Shown here in pieces: positions 16,141-27,100 of a stretch of 64,000 nt of DNA. The stretch's first letter is position 1. Every line of letters begins with the position of its first letter. Source of the stretch: the human T2T-CHM13v2.0 reference genome, Homo sapiens; NCBI RefSeq assembly GCF_009914755.1, contig NC_060929.1; one strand, given 5' to 3'. The notes under the pieces are model-generated. The model saw only the letters and a program-made list of their open reading frames with translations, ran no database searches and had not been told where the DNA came from. Position numbers and translations under genes: made by a program.

Positions 16141-16660
16141 GGGTTGGGGCGCAGAGATAAGAGGTCGGGGTGCGGAAATAAGGGATTGGGGCGCAGAGAT
16201 ATTAAGAGGTTGGGGCGCGGAAATAAGGGATTGGGGTGCAGAGATACGAGGTCGGGGCACGAAAATAAGGGATTGGGACACAGAGATAAGAGGTCGGGGT
16301 GCGGAAATAAGGGATTGGGTGCAGAGATAAGAGGTCGGGGTGCGGAAATAAGGGATTGGGACACAGAGATAAGAGGTCAGGGTGCGGAAATAAGGGATTG
16401 GGGCGCAGAGATATTAAGAGGTTGGGGCACGGAAATAAGGGATTGGGGCGCAGAGATACGAGGTCGGGGCACGGAAATAAGGGATTGGGACACAGAGATA
16501 AGAGGTCGGGGTGCGGAAATAAGGGATTGGGGCGCAGAGATATTAAGAGGTTGGGGCGCGGAAATAAGGGATTGGGGTGCAGAGATACGAGGTCGGGGCA
16601 CGGAAATAAGGGATTGGGACACAGAGATAAGAGGTCGGGGTGTGGAAATAAGGGATTGGG
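16141..16660. repeat. Minisatellite of 12 x 41-45 bp units inside the HERV-H leader
   Basis: Unit approx. GGGATTGGGGCGCAGAGATAAGAGGTCGGGGTGCGGAAATAA, parsed manually. Confidence 0.95.
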
Positions 16661-17243
16661 GGTTCTTGCCCCGTAGAAAAGCGGGACTTGCCACTAAGGG
16701 TGAAGGAGAAGGGGTTGAGTGGTACTTGCCCCTCTCCCAGAAAAGCAGAGAAGGGGTAGAGACAAGGAGAGAAGGGGTTGGGGTACTTGCCCCTTCCCCA
16801 GAAAAGCGGGACTTGCCGCTAAGGGTGAAGGACAAAGGCAGGCGTCCCTGCGTGGTCTGACACCCTTGAAACGTGGGTGTATAATCAGAGAGGTGTCCCT
16901 GCAATGATTAAACACCAAGGGAAGGCTAAGGCTGCCTTCCCAGTCCGTGACTGGCGCCGGAGTTCTGGGTCCACCGATAAAACGTGTCTGCTTTGTCTCT
17001 CCCAGAAAATGAAAGGAATTGAAATTAAGAGAAGGGAGAGATTGAAGAGTGGAAAGGAGAAAGTGGTTGAGGGACAGTGAGAGAGGTTGGAGAAGAGAGT
17101 AAGAAGAGGCCGCTTACCTGATTTAAAATTGGTGAGATGTTCCTTGGGCTGGTCGGTCTGAGGACCTGAGGTCGTAGGTGGATCTTTCTCACGGAGCAAA
17201 GAACAGGAGTACAGGGGATTGATCTCCCAAGGGAGGTCCCCCA

Positions 17244-17261
17244 ATCCGAGTCACGGCACCA
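17244..17261 (-). other. Primer binding site for tRNA-His
   Basis: TGGTGCCGTGACTCGGAT, complementary to the 3' 18 nt of tRNA-His. Confidence 0.95.
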
Positions 17262-17263
17262 AA

Positions 17264-17716
17264 TTTCATGCACGTCTGTGTGAAGAGACCACCAAACAGG
17301 ATTTGTGTGAGCAACACGGCTGTTTATTTCACCTGGGTGCAGGCGGGCTGAGTCCGAAAAGAGAGTCAGCGAAGGGAGATAAGGGTGGGGCCGTTTTATA
17401 GGATTTGGGTAGGTAAAGGAAAATTACAGTCAAAGGGGGTTTGTTCTCTGGCGGGCAGGAGTGGGGGTCACAAGGTGCTCAGTGGGGGTGCTTTCTGAGC
17501 CAGGATGAGCTAGGAAAAGGACTTTCACAAGGTAATGTCATCACTTAAGGCAAGGACCGGCCATTTACACTTCTTTTTTGGTGGAATGTCATCAGTTAAG
17601 GTGGGGCAGGGCATATTCACTTCTTTTGTGATTCTTCAGTTAGTTAAGGCCATCTGGGCTTATACGTGCAAGTCACAGGGGATGCGATGGCTTGGCTTGG
17701 GCTCAGAGGCCTGACA
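17264..17716 (-). promoter_or_regulatory. HERV-H 5' LTR (LTR7 promoter)
   Basis: About 96% identical to the 3' LTR by manual alignment; followed on - by the PBS. Confidence 0.96.
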
Positions 17717-17906
17717 ATCCGTGTCCCAGGGTTTTGATGGTATTGCTACAGAGGAATTTGGAAGTTTCCTGTGCCAGAGTCCCAGGACCGTTTTTGGGTC
17801 ACTTTCTCACCTCGTGGTAATACAAATCTACTGTGACACTTTTACATGCATGGTTGTTCTGTTTTTCTCAAGTAGCTTCCTCATCCTGCCGAAAAGCACC
17901 GCCTCT

Positions 17907-17936
17907 CCCGCCGCCCCGCCCCGCCCCGCCCCGCCG
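17907..17936. repeat. (CCCCG)n GC-box microsatellite
   Basis: cccgccgccccgccccgccccgccccgccg. Confidence 0.85.
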
Positions 17937-20900
17937 GTAGTTTGTTTTTGCTCTGGGCTGACAGGCAGTATTCTGGTAGTGTGAGGCTGCAGGGAGCAAT
18001 GGAAGGTTCTGTGCTTTGTTCAACAATCTTCTAGGTTTCTAGGTTCACTCCCTTGCAAAGAGCTAAAGCTGTTTCCTGTCCTCAACTACCAGCCCTTAAG
18101 GCTTATATTCCAGATTTTGAATTCTTTGTGGCACCTGGACATTTCTTGTTCTTTCTTTAAAGCTTGGCTCTATTAAAACAAATTTCGTTCTATTTTCTCA
18201 ATCTTGTAGTGGAAGGAGGGGTTGTCCATGTCATTTTAATCTGCTATCATACATGAGTGCATCTGTGTATATTTTTAAGAGATATGATTCTAAGTCACGT
18301 TCCTCTTGGGTTTCAATATCTTACCCATCATCCTTTTCATCATATCTTAAATTACAAAGAAATTTATTTGGATGCCCCTTCTTTTCTTGCCAAAACACAT
18401 GATAAAATGAGAAAAATTGAAAAGAATCTTTAAATAATCCATACCCTCTGGATCATTGGCTTCTAAACAAAATGCAGATTTTTTCTTTTTAATTCCATTG
18501 CTTGAAGTAACAACATGGAATTTTAGGAGGTGCCACCAGAGGGGAATGTTTCTTAGGGTTCAAGCCTTTGAGTCCCTGAAGCAAGGCTCTAGTATCTGTG
18601 GTGTTTACACAGGAAAACCCAGAATTCTGAAGTTGGGACTGACTGTCCTTCCTTGTCTACCAAATTAGGGGGGGGAAATTCCATGAAAAAAAGGTATTGA
18701 AGGAAGTAGTTTTTAGAATTTTGTGTTTCTTCTATTTGGCTGCCTTACTGAAGGGGACATTCAGAGCCAGATTGATGAAAATGAGGCAAATACGTGGCAA
18801 AATACATGCAAAACTCACAGAAGTCATATTTCAAGTTCTCAGGGAGAGGCGTCACATTAGCAGTATTGAGTGGGAAGAGGAATTAACAGGGAACAGTACT
18901 GTAAATGGATGCTGCTTTGCTGTCCTGGAGGGTCAGAGTGAGGACAGAGAACAATCTTAGAGGCAGATCAGTAACCAGTTTGCCCTGGAGCCATGCATGG
19001 GACCCAGAGTGTAAAATCCCTCACTGCCTACGTCCTCCTACCCCTCACTTCCACAATAATGCATTTTCTTTCACTTTTAACAGCATGGTAAATCCTGTCC
19101 TCTCCTGACATTTCTCCAGAGACAAAATACACCTCTCAATTTAGGGACACAGCCTGCCTCAGTAGCTTAATTACTTTATAACAATAAAACACATATTCAC
19201 CCAGATTTATGATGTGAGTGCTTCCTCCACCAATCTGAATTGGAATTCTCAGTTTAAATGCCAGCCAAGTTTGCTTTTAGAGAAATGCCGCTTCTGTTCC
19301 ATTTTGGGTTTTTAAATACTTACTTTGGCTGTGTATTACTCCAAATGAGCTGCAGTCTGTGAAACCGGAAGATTTCTCTGCATTTATATGTCATTTTCTT
19401 AAATACTAGTGTTGTTTTTTTTTTGATGAAAAATAAATTCCTACTTGCCTTTTAAGACTTATCTTGTGACCCACTTGGCTTACAGCTGGTGGCCCTAATC
19501 CTCCCACTGTAGCATCTGCTGCTTTTCTGCATGGATCTGTCTTTGGGGGCAGACCTCACTGTGTAATTGTGATAGGGTGGAGGTCCCTTTGGTAGTGCGA
19601 GGTTTTCTTCAGTGTTTTCTGACTCAGTCTGGATAATGATTCTCAAATTGTCTGGTTTCGTCTGTTGAATACACGCGGATGTTTCCACAGCCCCTTCTAG
19701 TCCTGAGTCCCATGACTTAAGTTTAGCCACAAGTACTAGTTAAAAGTGTCCACTGTGACCAGAGGGACACAAATGTCTGACTGTGCTGAATGTGTTTCTC
19801 TGGCTTCCTAATGCAGTGGTTGAGAGTGATCTTCAGATGACCTGTTTTTTTATCTAGTTTCACAAACAGTCCCAGATCACTTGTTTTTCTCTTCTGATTT
19901 TCTCTCCATTGTCCACATTTAGGCCAAGGAGCCTCCCTCTCACACTGCCCTTTAGCGAGCAGTGTGACTGTGACCCTGGCAGTTAGTTCATTCTCTTCCT
20001 AGGACTGGGGTCATGACCCAGCCTTCCTCTTCACTGCCAGCTTTCACTCCCTTGTTACGCTGCCTCTTCCAACCAGCAGATGCCAGGAAGGGACTCAACC
20101 CAAGCTCTTTCTGGGATCATAGGGTTTTCACAGAATTTTCCTATGAACTGTTTTCCCAGCTACTGAATCAGATCATTTCTCTTTAAAAAATTTTTGTCTT
20201 GCTAAGAGGAAAATTGTTATGAAATTTGAACTCGGAAAAAAAAAATCAAGATCTGCAAACATTCATATTATGTCATAAAAGAAATAGTGAGCCTGGGTTC
20301 TATCCCGAGACATGTTGCATTTCATTACCAGGAAAAGTAATGCGTATTATTACAATCCTTCTGGGAGGGGTCCTTCCCTGGAGAAAGAAGGGCGTGGGTG
20401 CTAGAGGTGAATGCTTTGGGTCACTCAGGCAGACCTTATACCAGAAATCCCAGAGGGGACCTGAAGCTGGGCCCTTACCGGACCTTACAGCTGGGGAACA
20501 CTGGGGACCCCACTGGGAGAAACCGACAGGGGCAGGGTCTGGAAACGCAGTGCTGCTCTGACATGTGGGGAGTACACACCAGCACGTGTTGGTCTCTGAC
20601 ACACGGGACACTTTCACTCTCACATAGGAAGGCAGAAAAGCAGCATAAGACCCATCAAGAGGAAGCAGGGTGAAAGGAAAGGGGGCAAACATTTATTGAA
20701 TGTTCACTCATGCTTGAGTTGTCACATCAAACATTACCTTACAGCTCACAATACTGCATTATTAGTATTGTCCTTGTTTTGTAGATGGGATAACAGGCCC
20801 ACAGGTTGTCATTTATTCACTTGTTCATTCCTTCACCAACCATTCACTGGGAGATTTAGTTTTGCCAGGCGCTACTGAGCAAGGCATCAAGAATACCAAG

Positions 20901-22261
20901 ATGAGACAGCCAGTTCTTTTCTTGAGGAACTCAGTGTGATCACAGTTCTATTATCCTTGATGACTATGCCTATTCTGCTATCCCAGGGAGCTGTCAAAAA
21001 AAAAAATAACATAGCCAGTTTACTAATGAAAACGGTGCTATTAATTGTTGAAATGAATGGGAACAATTCCAACTGTCGGATAATCCCCAAATCCCTATTT
21101 AAAATCTCTGTTGTTTCTAATGTTCTTCAAATTAATGGCAAATGTAATAAACATTGTTTTCATGGTGAGGTTTAGAAAATGCTTTCTTGTATATTAGCTG
21201 ATTTGCACCTCTCAGCGTATGAAGATGGACTTAGGAGCAGGAACAGCTCCAGCTCTTGCTCAATCTGCCTTCCTCCCACTATCGCATCGTAAGCTCTCAG
21301 ATAAGGCAGAAAGCCACAGCCCTGGTAGAATGACCTTTCCTAAACTGGCTGTTTCAGGATGCACTTTCCCTGACATCAGGGAGGTAGTTAAGTGTTCTGA
21401 TTTAAAACTCTCCTTTGGGGGGATAGTCACCTTTAGGTAAGCTAACACACCACCCAGCAAGTAGGTGAAAGCAGTTTGGACCCCAGTGATGCAATGTGTT
21501 ACTGTATCTAGGAAGTGTTGAAAATGACCCAGAGGGTATGCAAGTACATCCAAGTTATCCTGATGGGGGTAGGGTGGGGATGCTGTGAATAACAGGAATT
21601 ATTGGAACTGGTGATTCAGCTTTGATTGGAAAGGAAATAAAATAAATGATTTTTTAATGATAGAGAATTCAATTATAGTCATGGGTTATGTCCCAAATTT
21701 ATACTTTCCCACATAGATGGGTCTTCTCCATAGATAGACTTCACGTAGAAAGAATAAACAGCACATTGTTTTTGCCTTTGAACTAGGTCTGTGAATGGAA
21801 AACCCTTGATAAGAGAAGTAGTTAATGACACTAAGTTGCTGTCACTTAGTGATGTAAGTCTAAAAAAGCTAACATTCCTGCATCTCAGTTTCCTTATCTG
21901 TAAATTGGAACTAAAGATCCTGTTACAAAGAGTTGATAGTGGAATAAATGAGGCCATGTAAGATGGTCATACCAATATAGTAGGTTGTAAAGAAATAGGA
22001 ATTTAAAACTAATTAACTTAAAATTTTTTGATCACGGGAATTAAGATGGGAAGTAAGGTGAGGCTGTCCTGTTATAAAATGGCAGGGCTGTTAATTATTG
22101 TTGGCTTAAGTAAGTCTATTAGCAAAAATAGTGCCAGTCAGAATTAACATTTCTCCTGGGTTAAGTCAACTGAGTGGTTAAACAAGGAAGGCCATTGAGA
22201 ACACTGGAAACACCACATTTTACTCATTTTATTAATAAATATTAATATTAATTAAACAAAC

Positions 22262-22539
22262 TTTTTTTTTTTTTTTGAGAGACGGAGTCTCACTGTTGCC
22301 CAGGCTAGAGTGCAATACAGCCTCTGCCTTCCAAGTTCAAGCAATTCTCCTGTCTCAGCCTCCCAAGTAGCTGGGATTACAGGTGTGCGCCACCATTCCC
22401 AGCTAATTTTTGTATTTCTAGTAGAGATGGGGTTTCACCATATTGGCCAGGCTGGTCTCTAACTCCTGACTTCAAGTGATCTGCCCACCTTGGCCTCCCA
22501 AAGTGCTGGGACTACAGGCATGAGCCACTGTGCCTGGCC
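22262..22539 (-). mobile_element. Alu (AluS-type)
   Basis: Alu consensus on the - strand. Confidence 0.9.
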
Positions 22540-24484
22540 CACAACAAACATTGATTAATCACTTACTAAGTTGCATGCTGTGCACTGGCAATACAATGGT
22601 GAGCGAAAAGAAATTTCTGCCTGACCCTGGTTGGGGTGGGGGTGGGGGGCATCAATCAAATATTCACACCGATGTGTAGAACAACAACTGTGGTCAACTG
22701 CTGTTATAAAAGGCAGGCACCACACGGCACGCTTCAGGAGCACTGGTCTTTTATGGGAAATGGTCATTAGGAAAGAATTGTCTGGTAGGAGGCTGAGTTT
22801 CAAAGGTGAAGTTCTCGCCTCCGCAGTCATGACAACAGCTCCAAGGTTGGGGACGTTAAGGGGGAGGTTCAAATTCTTTGACTTCTCGTTAAGACGATTT
22901 GAGCTTATTAAAAACTGGCCATGATCTCTCAGAGCATTAGCTAAGGGATACAGCTGGTGATCCTGATAGGGCATTTTGCTCTAACCTTGGAAGAATCCGT
23001 CTAGACTCCAGCCAGAACTTGATTGCAGACAGAACAGTGGAGAAAGAGGGGCCACAGTCCTGCAGCCTCAGTCTGTTTCCCTGGTGTTCCTGAGTGGTCC
23101 TGGGTACTCACAGGCACCCGAACTCAAGGGTCCAGGTCAGTCCAGAGTGCTTTCATGGAAACGGCAGGCTATGTGTGCCGAGAATGTCGCTCAGCCAATT
23201 GCATGGAATTCAGAGTTCCCCTGAGGTTCCCTGAGACTTGGTTCTCCCTGCTCTGATGGGATTTGGGATAGAAAGTGGGAGTGCCTGGTTAATTTGGAGT
23301 TTGAGGGCCTAGTGCTTTCAAAGAGAGATCCCCACCTGGGAGAATCATAACTCACATCCTCTTCCACCCTATACCTACCCGGTTTGGACAAGTAAAAGCA
23401 ACACTTAAATAAGTGGCAAAATCTGCTTTTTTCCTGTTGCAAATTGAATATTATATGAGGGACAATGACTATTCCCAGCTTGATGCTTTGGAAAGTGCGT
23501 TTGGATTTTTCCATTTTAGACAAATGTCAGCTTTCCCCCGAAGTGGCCTCCATCGTGCTTGTTTGTTCCAAATCATTTTTCAATGCTGTGATTTCCCTTC
23601 TCTTTGCTTTAAACACTCAGTCACGTGGCTTGTCTCCACCGTGTGGAGGTGCCGGGTGCCTGGTTGGGTCTCTCTGCATTTCTGGCAGGAAGAAGGCATT
23701 TGTGAATACTGTCAGTACTTGTGACAGGTTGGTCACATTGGAACCTTTGCCCCTGTTGTTTAAAACCGAAGAAGACTGTGACTGTGGAGGTGCCCCGTGT
23801 GCTCAGCGCTCAAATGGGAAATGGAGAAGATTCCCGGAACGTGTTTGGCAGTCACTTCTGAGTTTTCCATTGAGACCCGAACATGAAGAAAATCTTCTGG
23901 CTCCTGCCAGTTGGCCAACCTCTGTCTGCCTTCCCCAGCTCACAGGGCTGCACACTGCATTGGGGCTGTCCTCCGCTGCTGGAAAATCACGCCGGTGCTC
24001 TTCACAAACACTGAACACTGGCCCTCTGCTTGATCCATGGAACCAAGATGACAGGATCTCCTGCCTGTTCTTGATAACAGCTGTAGTTTTATTTCAGATT
24101 TTCATTTAAACAAATAGTTTAAGGCCTCAGCTGGGAAAGAGGATTGAAGTATCCCCAATGGACAAAGCCTCTGGCACGCCAGAAAGACATGTGACTAAGC
24201 CTGAGTGACTTTCCTTCCTTCCCCTCCCAGGTTGCTGGGAGAAATAACTATGGGTTTTTGACAACTCTTTCCCAAAATGAATAGTGGAAGGCTGGGAAAC
24301 ACTGAATTATGAAATAAAGCAAGGCAGTTCATTTTGTCATCCTTGGCACCTGAATCCTAAACTACGGTAATGAGATCAGCCCCTTAACGGAGTACTCCAG
24401 GGTACCTTGCTCTTAGGCAATTTGTTTTTCTGTGTGTGCTCTTCAACAGACTCTGCAGGAAGTGGCTGACTTGATGCAAATGAC

Positions 24485-24785
24485 TTTTTTGTTTTGTTTT
24501 GTTTGAGACAGAGTCTCACTCTTGCCCAGGCTGTAGTGCTGTGGCACGATCTCAGCTCACTGCAATCTTCACCTCCTAGGCTCAAGAGATTCTCCTGCCT
24601 CAGCCTCCTGTAATCCCGGGATTACAGGTGTGTGCCACCACACCTGGCTAGTTTTTGTATTTTCAGTAGAGACGGGGTTTCACCATGTTGGCCAGGCTGG
24701 TCTTGAACTTCTGACCTGAAGTGATCCACCTGCTTCCGCCTCCCAAAGTGCTGGGATGACAGGCGTGAGCCACCGCGCCCAGCCT
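24485..24785 (-). mobile_element. Alu (AluS-type)
   Basis: Alu consensus with (TTTTG)n tail. Confidence 0.9.
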
Positions 24786-25711
24786 GATTTTGGAGGGTTA
24801 TAGTTGGGAAACTATTTAGTGCGCAGATATTGTCTCTGTGGTAAACGAGGAAACTGACAGGATTCCAAAAGCCTGCTGTTTGAAGGGGCTCATTCAGTTC
24901 CAAAAAGAGATGGGAGAGGCAGGAAACGTGAACATATGTGCTGCCTGCCCTCCATTGGTTTGTTTAATAACAAATTCACCCTGTCTGGGCTTGTGACCCC
25001 CCTCTCATGTTTGGAAGCGCTACTGCGGGGTTGTAGAGACAAATGAGTCATTTTCTGAGCTCTAATCCTGACCCCAGAGGGGCATGTGGCCACTTCTCCC
25101 TGACTTTTCCCGGGGGTGACTTGCTTCCGACACCTGCCGCCTTACTGTTTTTCCTCCTCAAGCAAGCTTGTTGCAGGCACTTCTTCCTTACTTGGTGCTG
25201 AACTTAGCCACAAGGAGCTGTCATCACGAGTGTGGGAGAGGGAGGAGAGGGGATCACAGGGGTTTCAGAGGGCTCACTTTGAGACTTGCTGATACTGACA
25301 ACAGAGTTGACCTGGCCCAGGATTCTTCTAATGCTGCGTGTGACTGTGTGTCTGTGCCATAGTTTTTCAGTGTGTATTCATGCATGATGTATGTGTGTGG
25401 GGTGTTGGGGGTGGGGGGAGGGCAAGAGCGTTATTTTCTGGGTCAGAATAACCTTTTAAAATGGTAAGTTTTCCGCTAGGAGAGGAAACCCATTTTGCTC
25501 ATCTGTCTAGATGTTTTTCTTCACCTGGGCCATGGAGGGCTTTGTTTCACAAGCTTTTCTCCTGTTTCGTCGTTCAGGTGGCAGAGATCGTTGCTCCGCC
25601 CTGTGACACACAGCCCACCCTCCATGTCCCACGTTGGGATGGATTACAGAGGATGTGCCCTCCTAGTGGCCCCCGCCAGCCACCAGAGTGAAGTTGATGC
25701 TTGGGTGCTAT

Positions 25712-27100
25712 TGTGTCGGAAATTGGTGGGTTCTTGGTCTCACTGCCTTCAAGAATGAAGCCACGGACCCTCGCGGTGAGTGTTACAGTTCTTAAAGATG
25801 GTGTGTCTGGAGTTTGTTCCTTCTGATGTTCGGACGTGTTCAGAGTTTCTTCTTTCTGGTGGGTTCGTGGTCTCGCTGGCTTCCGGACTGAAGCTGCAGA
25901 CTTTCGCGGCAAATGGTTATAGCTCTTAAGGCTGCGCTCTTGGAGTTGTTCATTCCTCCCGGTGGGTTCGTGGTCTGGCTGGCCTCAGAAGTGAAGCTGC
26001 AGATCTTCGTGTTGGGTGTTACAGCTCATAAAGGCAGTACAGACCCAAAAAGCGAGCAGCAGCGAGATTTATTACAAAGAGCAAAAGAAAAAAAACCTCC
26101 GCGGCAGGAAAGAGGACCTCACCTGATTGCCACTACTGGTTCGGGCAGCCTGCTTTTATTCCCTTATATGGCCCCACCCACATCCTGCTGATTGGTCCAT
26201 TTTACAGAGAGCTGTTTGGTCTGTTTTACAGAGAGCTGATTGGTCTGTTTTGACGGGGTGCTGATTGGTGTGCTTACAATCCCTGAGCCAGACACAAAAG
26301 TTCTCCAAGTCCCCACTAGATTAGCTAGACACAGAGCACTGATTGGTGCATTTACAAACCTTTAGCGAGACACAGAGTGCTGATTGGTGCATTTACAATC
26401 CTCTAGCTAGACATAAAAGATCTCCAAGTCCCCACCTGACTCAGGAGCCCAGCTGGCTTTGCCTAGTGGTTGCGGTGCCAGGGCTGCTGGGGGAGCTGCC
26501 CGCCAGTACCACACCGTGCGCCTGCACTCCTCAGGCCTTGGGTGGTTGATGGGACCTGGTGCCTCCTACCAGGGGGCGGCACCCGTCCGGGAGGCTCAGG
26601 CTGAGCGGGAGCCTAGTGCAGGGGCCGGGGGGGGGGGGGGGGGCGGGGGGTAGGGCATGGCTGCTTACAGGTCCCCAGCCCTGCCCGGCTGGGTGGCAGT
26701 GGAGGCCCGTCGAGAATTTGAGCATGGCACGGGCAGGCCGGCTGTGCTGGGGGACCTGGCGCCCCCCTCTGCAGCTGCTGGCCCAGGTGCTAAGCCCCTC
26801 ACTGCCCCCGGGCTGGGGGCGCAGGCCGGCTGCTCGGAGTGCGGGGGCCTGCCGAGCCCACGCCCACCCGGAACTCACGCTGGCCTGCAAGTGTGCGCCC
26901 AACCCTGGTTCCCACCGGCGCCTCTCCCTCCACACCTCCCCACAAGCAGAGGGAGCCAGCTCCAGCCTCGGCCAGCCCAGAGTGGAGCTCCCACAGTGCA
27001 GCGGCAGGCTGAAGGGCTCCTCAAGCGCGGCCAGAGTGGGCGCGGAGGTCGAGGAGGCGCCAAGAGCGAGCGAGGGCTGCCAGCACGCTGTCACCTCTCA
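25712..27100 (-). mobile_element. Solo ERV9 LTR (LTR12C/D/E group), 1389 bp
   Basis: On - it starts TGAGAGGTGACAGCGTGCTGG and ends ...CCCACCAATTTCCGACACA; 4-bp TSD CTAT (25708-25711, 27101-27104); CpG-rich U3; multiple CCAAT boxes at 26190-26390; AATAAA-type TATA box near 26155. Confidence 0.95.

Larger units (their letters stand above)
11346..17716 (-). mobile_element. HERV-H provirus, two LTRs, internally deleted common type (6371 bp including the VNTR)
   Basis: Two LTR7 copies; 5-bp TSD ATCCG at 11341-11345 and 17717-17721; tRNA-His PBS; PPT; decayed gag, pro and pol ORFs on the - strand. Confidence 0.97.

Noticed and set aside
16141-16660. CRISPR-like array appearance
   Set aside because: Units are contiguous variants with no unique spacers, in a eukaryotic ERV context with no cas genes.
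16116-16904. Long repetitive ORFs (238, 175 and 106 aa) over the minisatellite
   Set aside because: They arise because the 42/45-bp units are multiples of 3 and lack stops; open on both strands, with no sign of coding.
17244-17261. tRNA-His 3' end on the + strand
   Set aside because: Only the 18-nt retroviral PBS, not a tRNA gene.
18533-18546. CTCF-like CCACCAGAGGGGAA
   Set aside because: Lacks the conserved GGCRC 3' end; too weak to call.
23465-24109. 214-aa ORF in unique intergenic DNA
   Set aside because: No recognisable domain or gene structure and composition typical of non-coding DNA; cannot be supported without Ribo-seq or conservation data.
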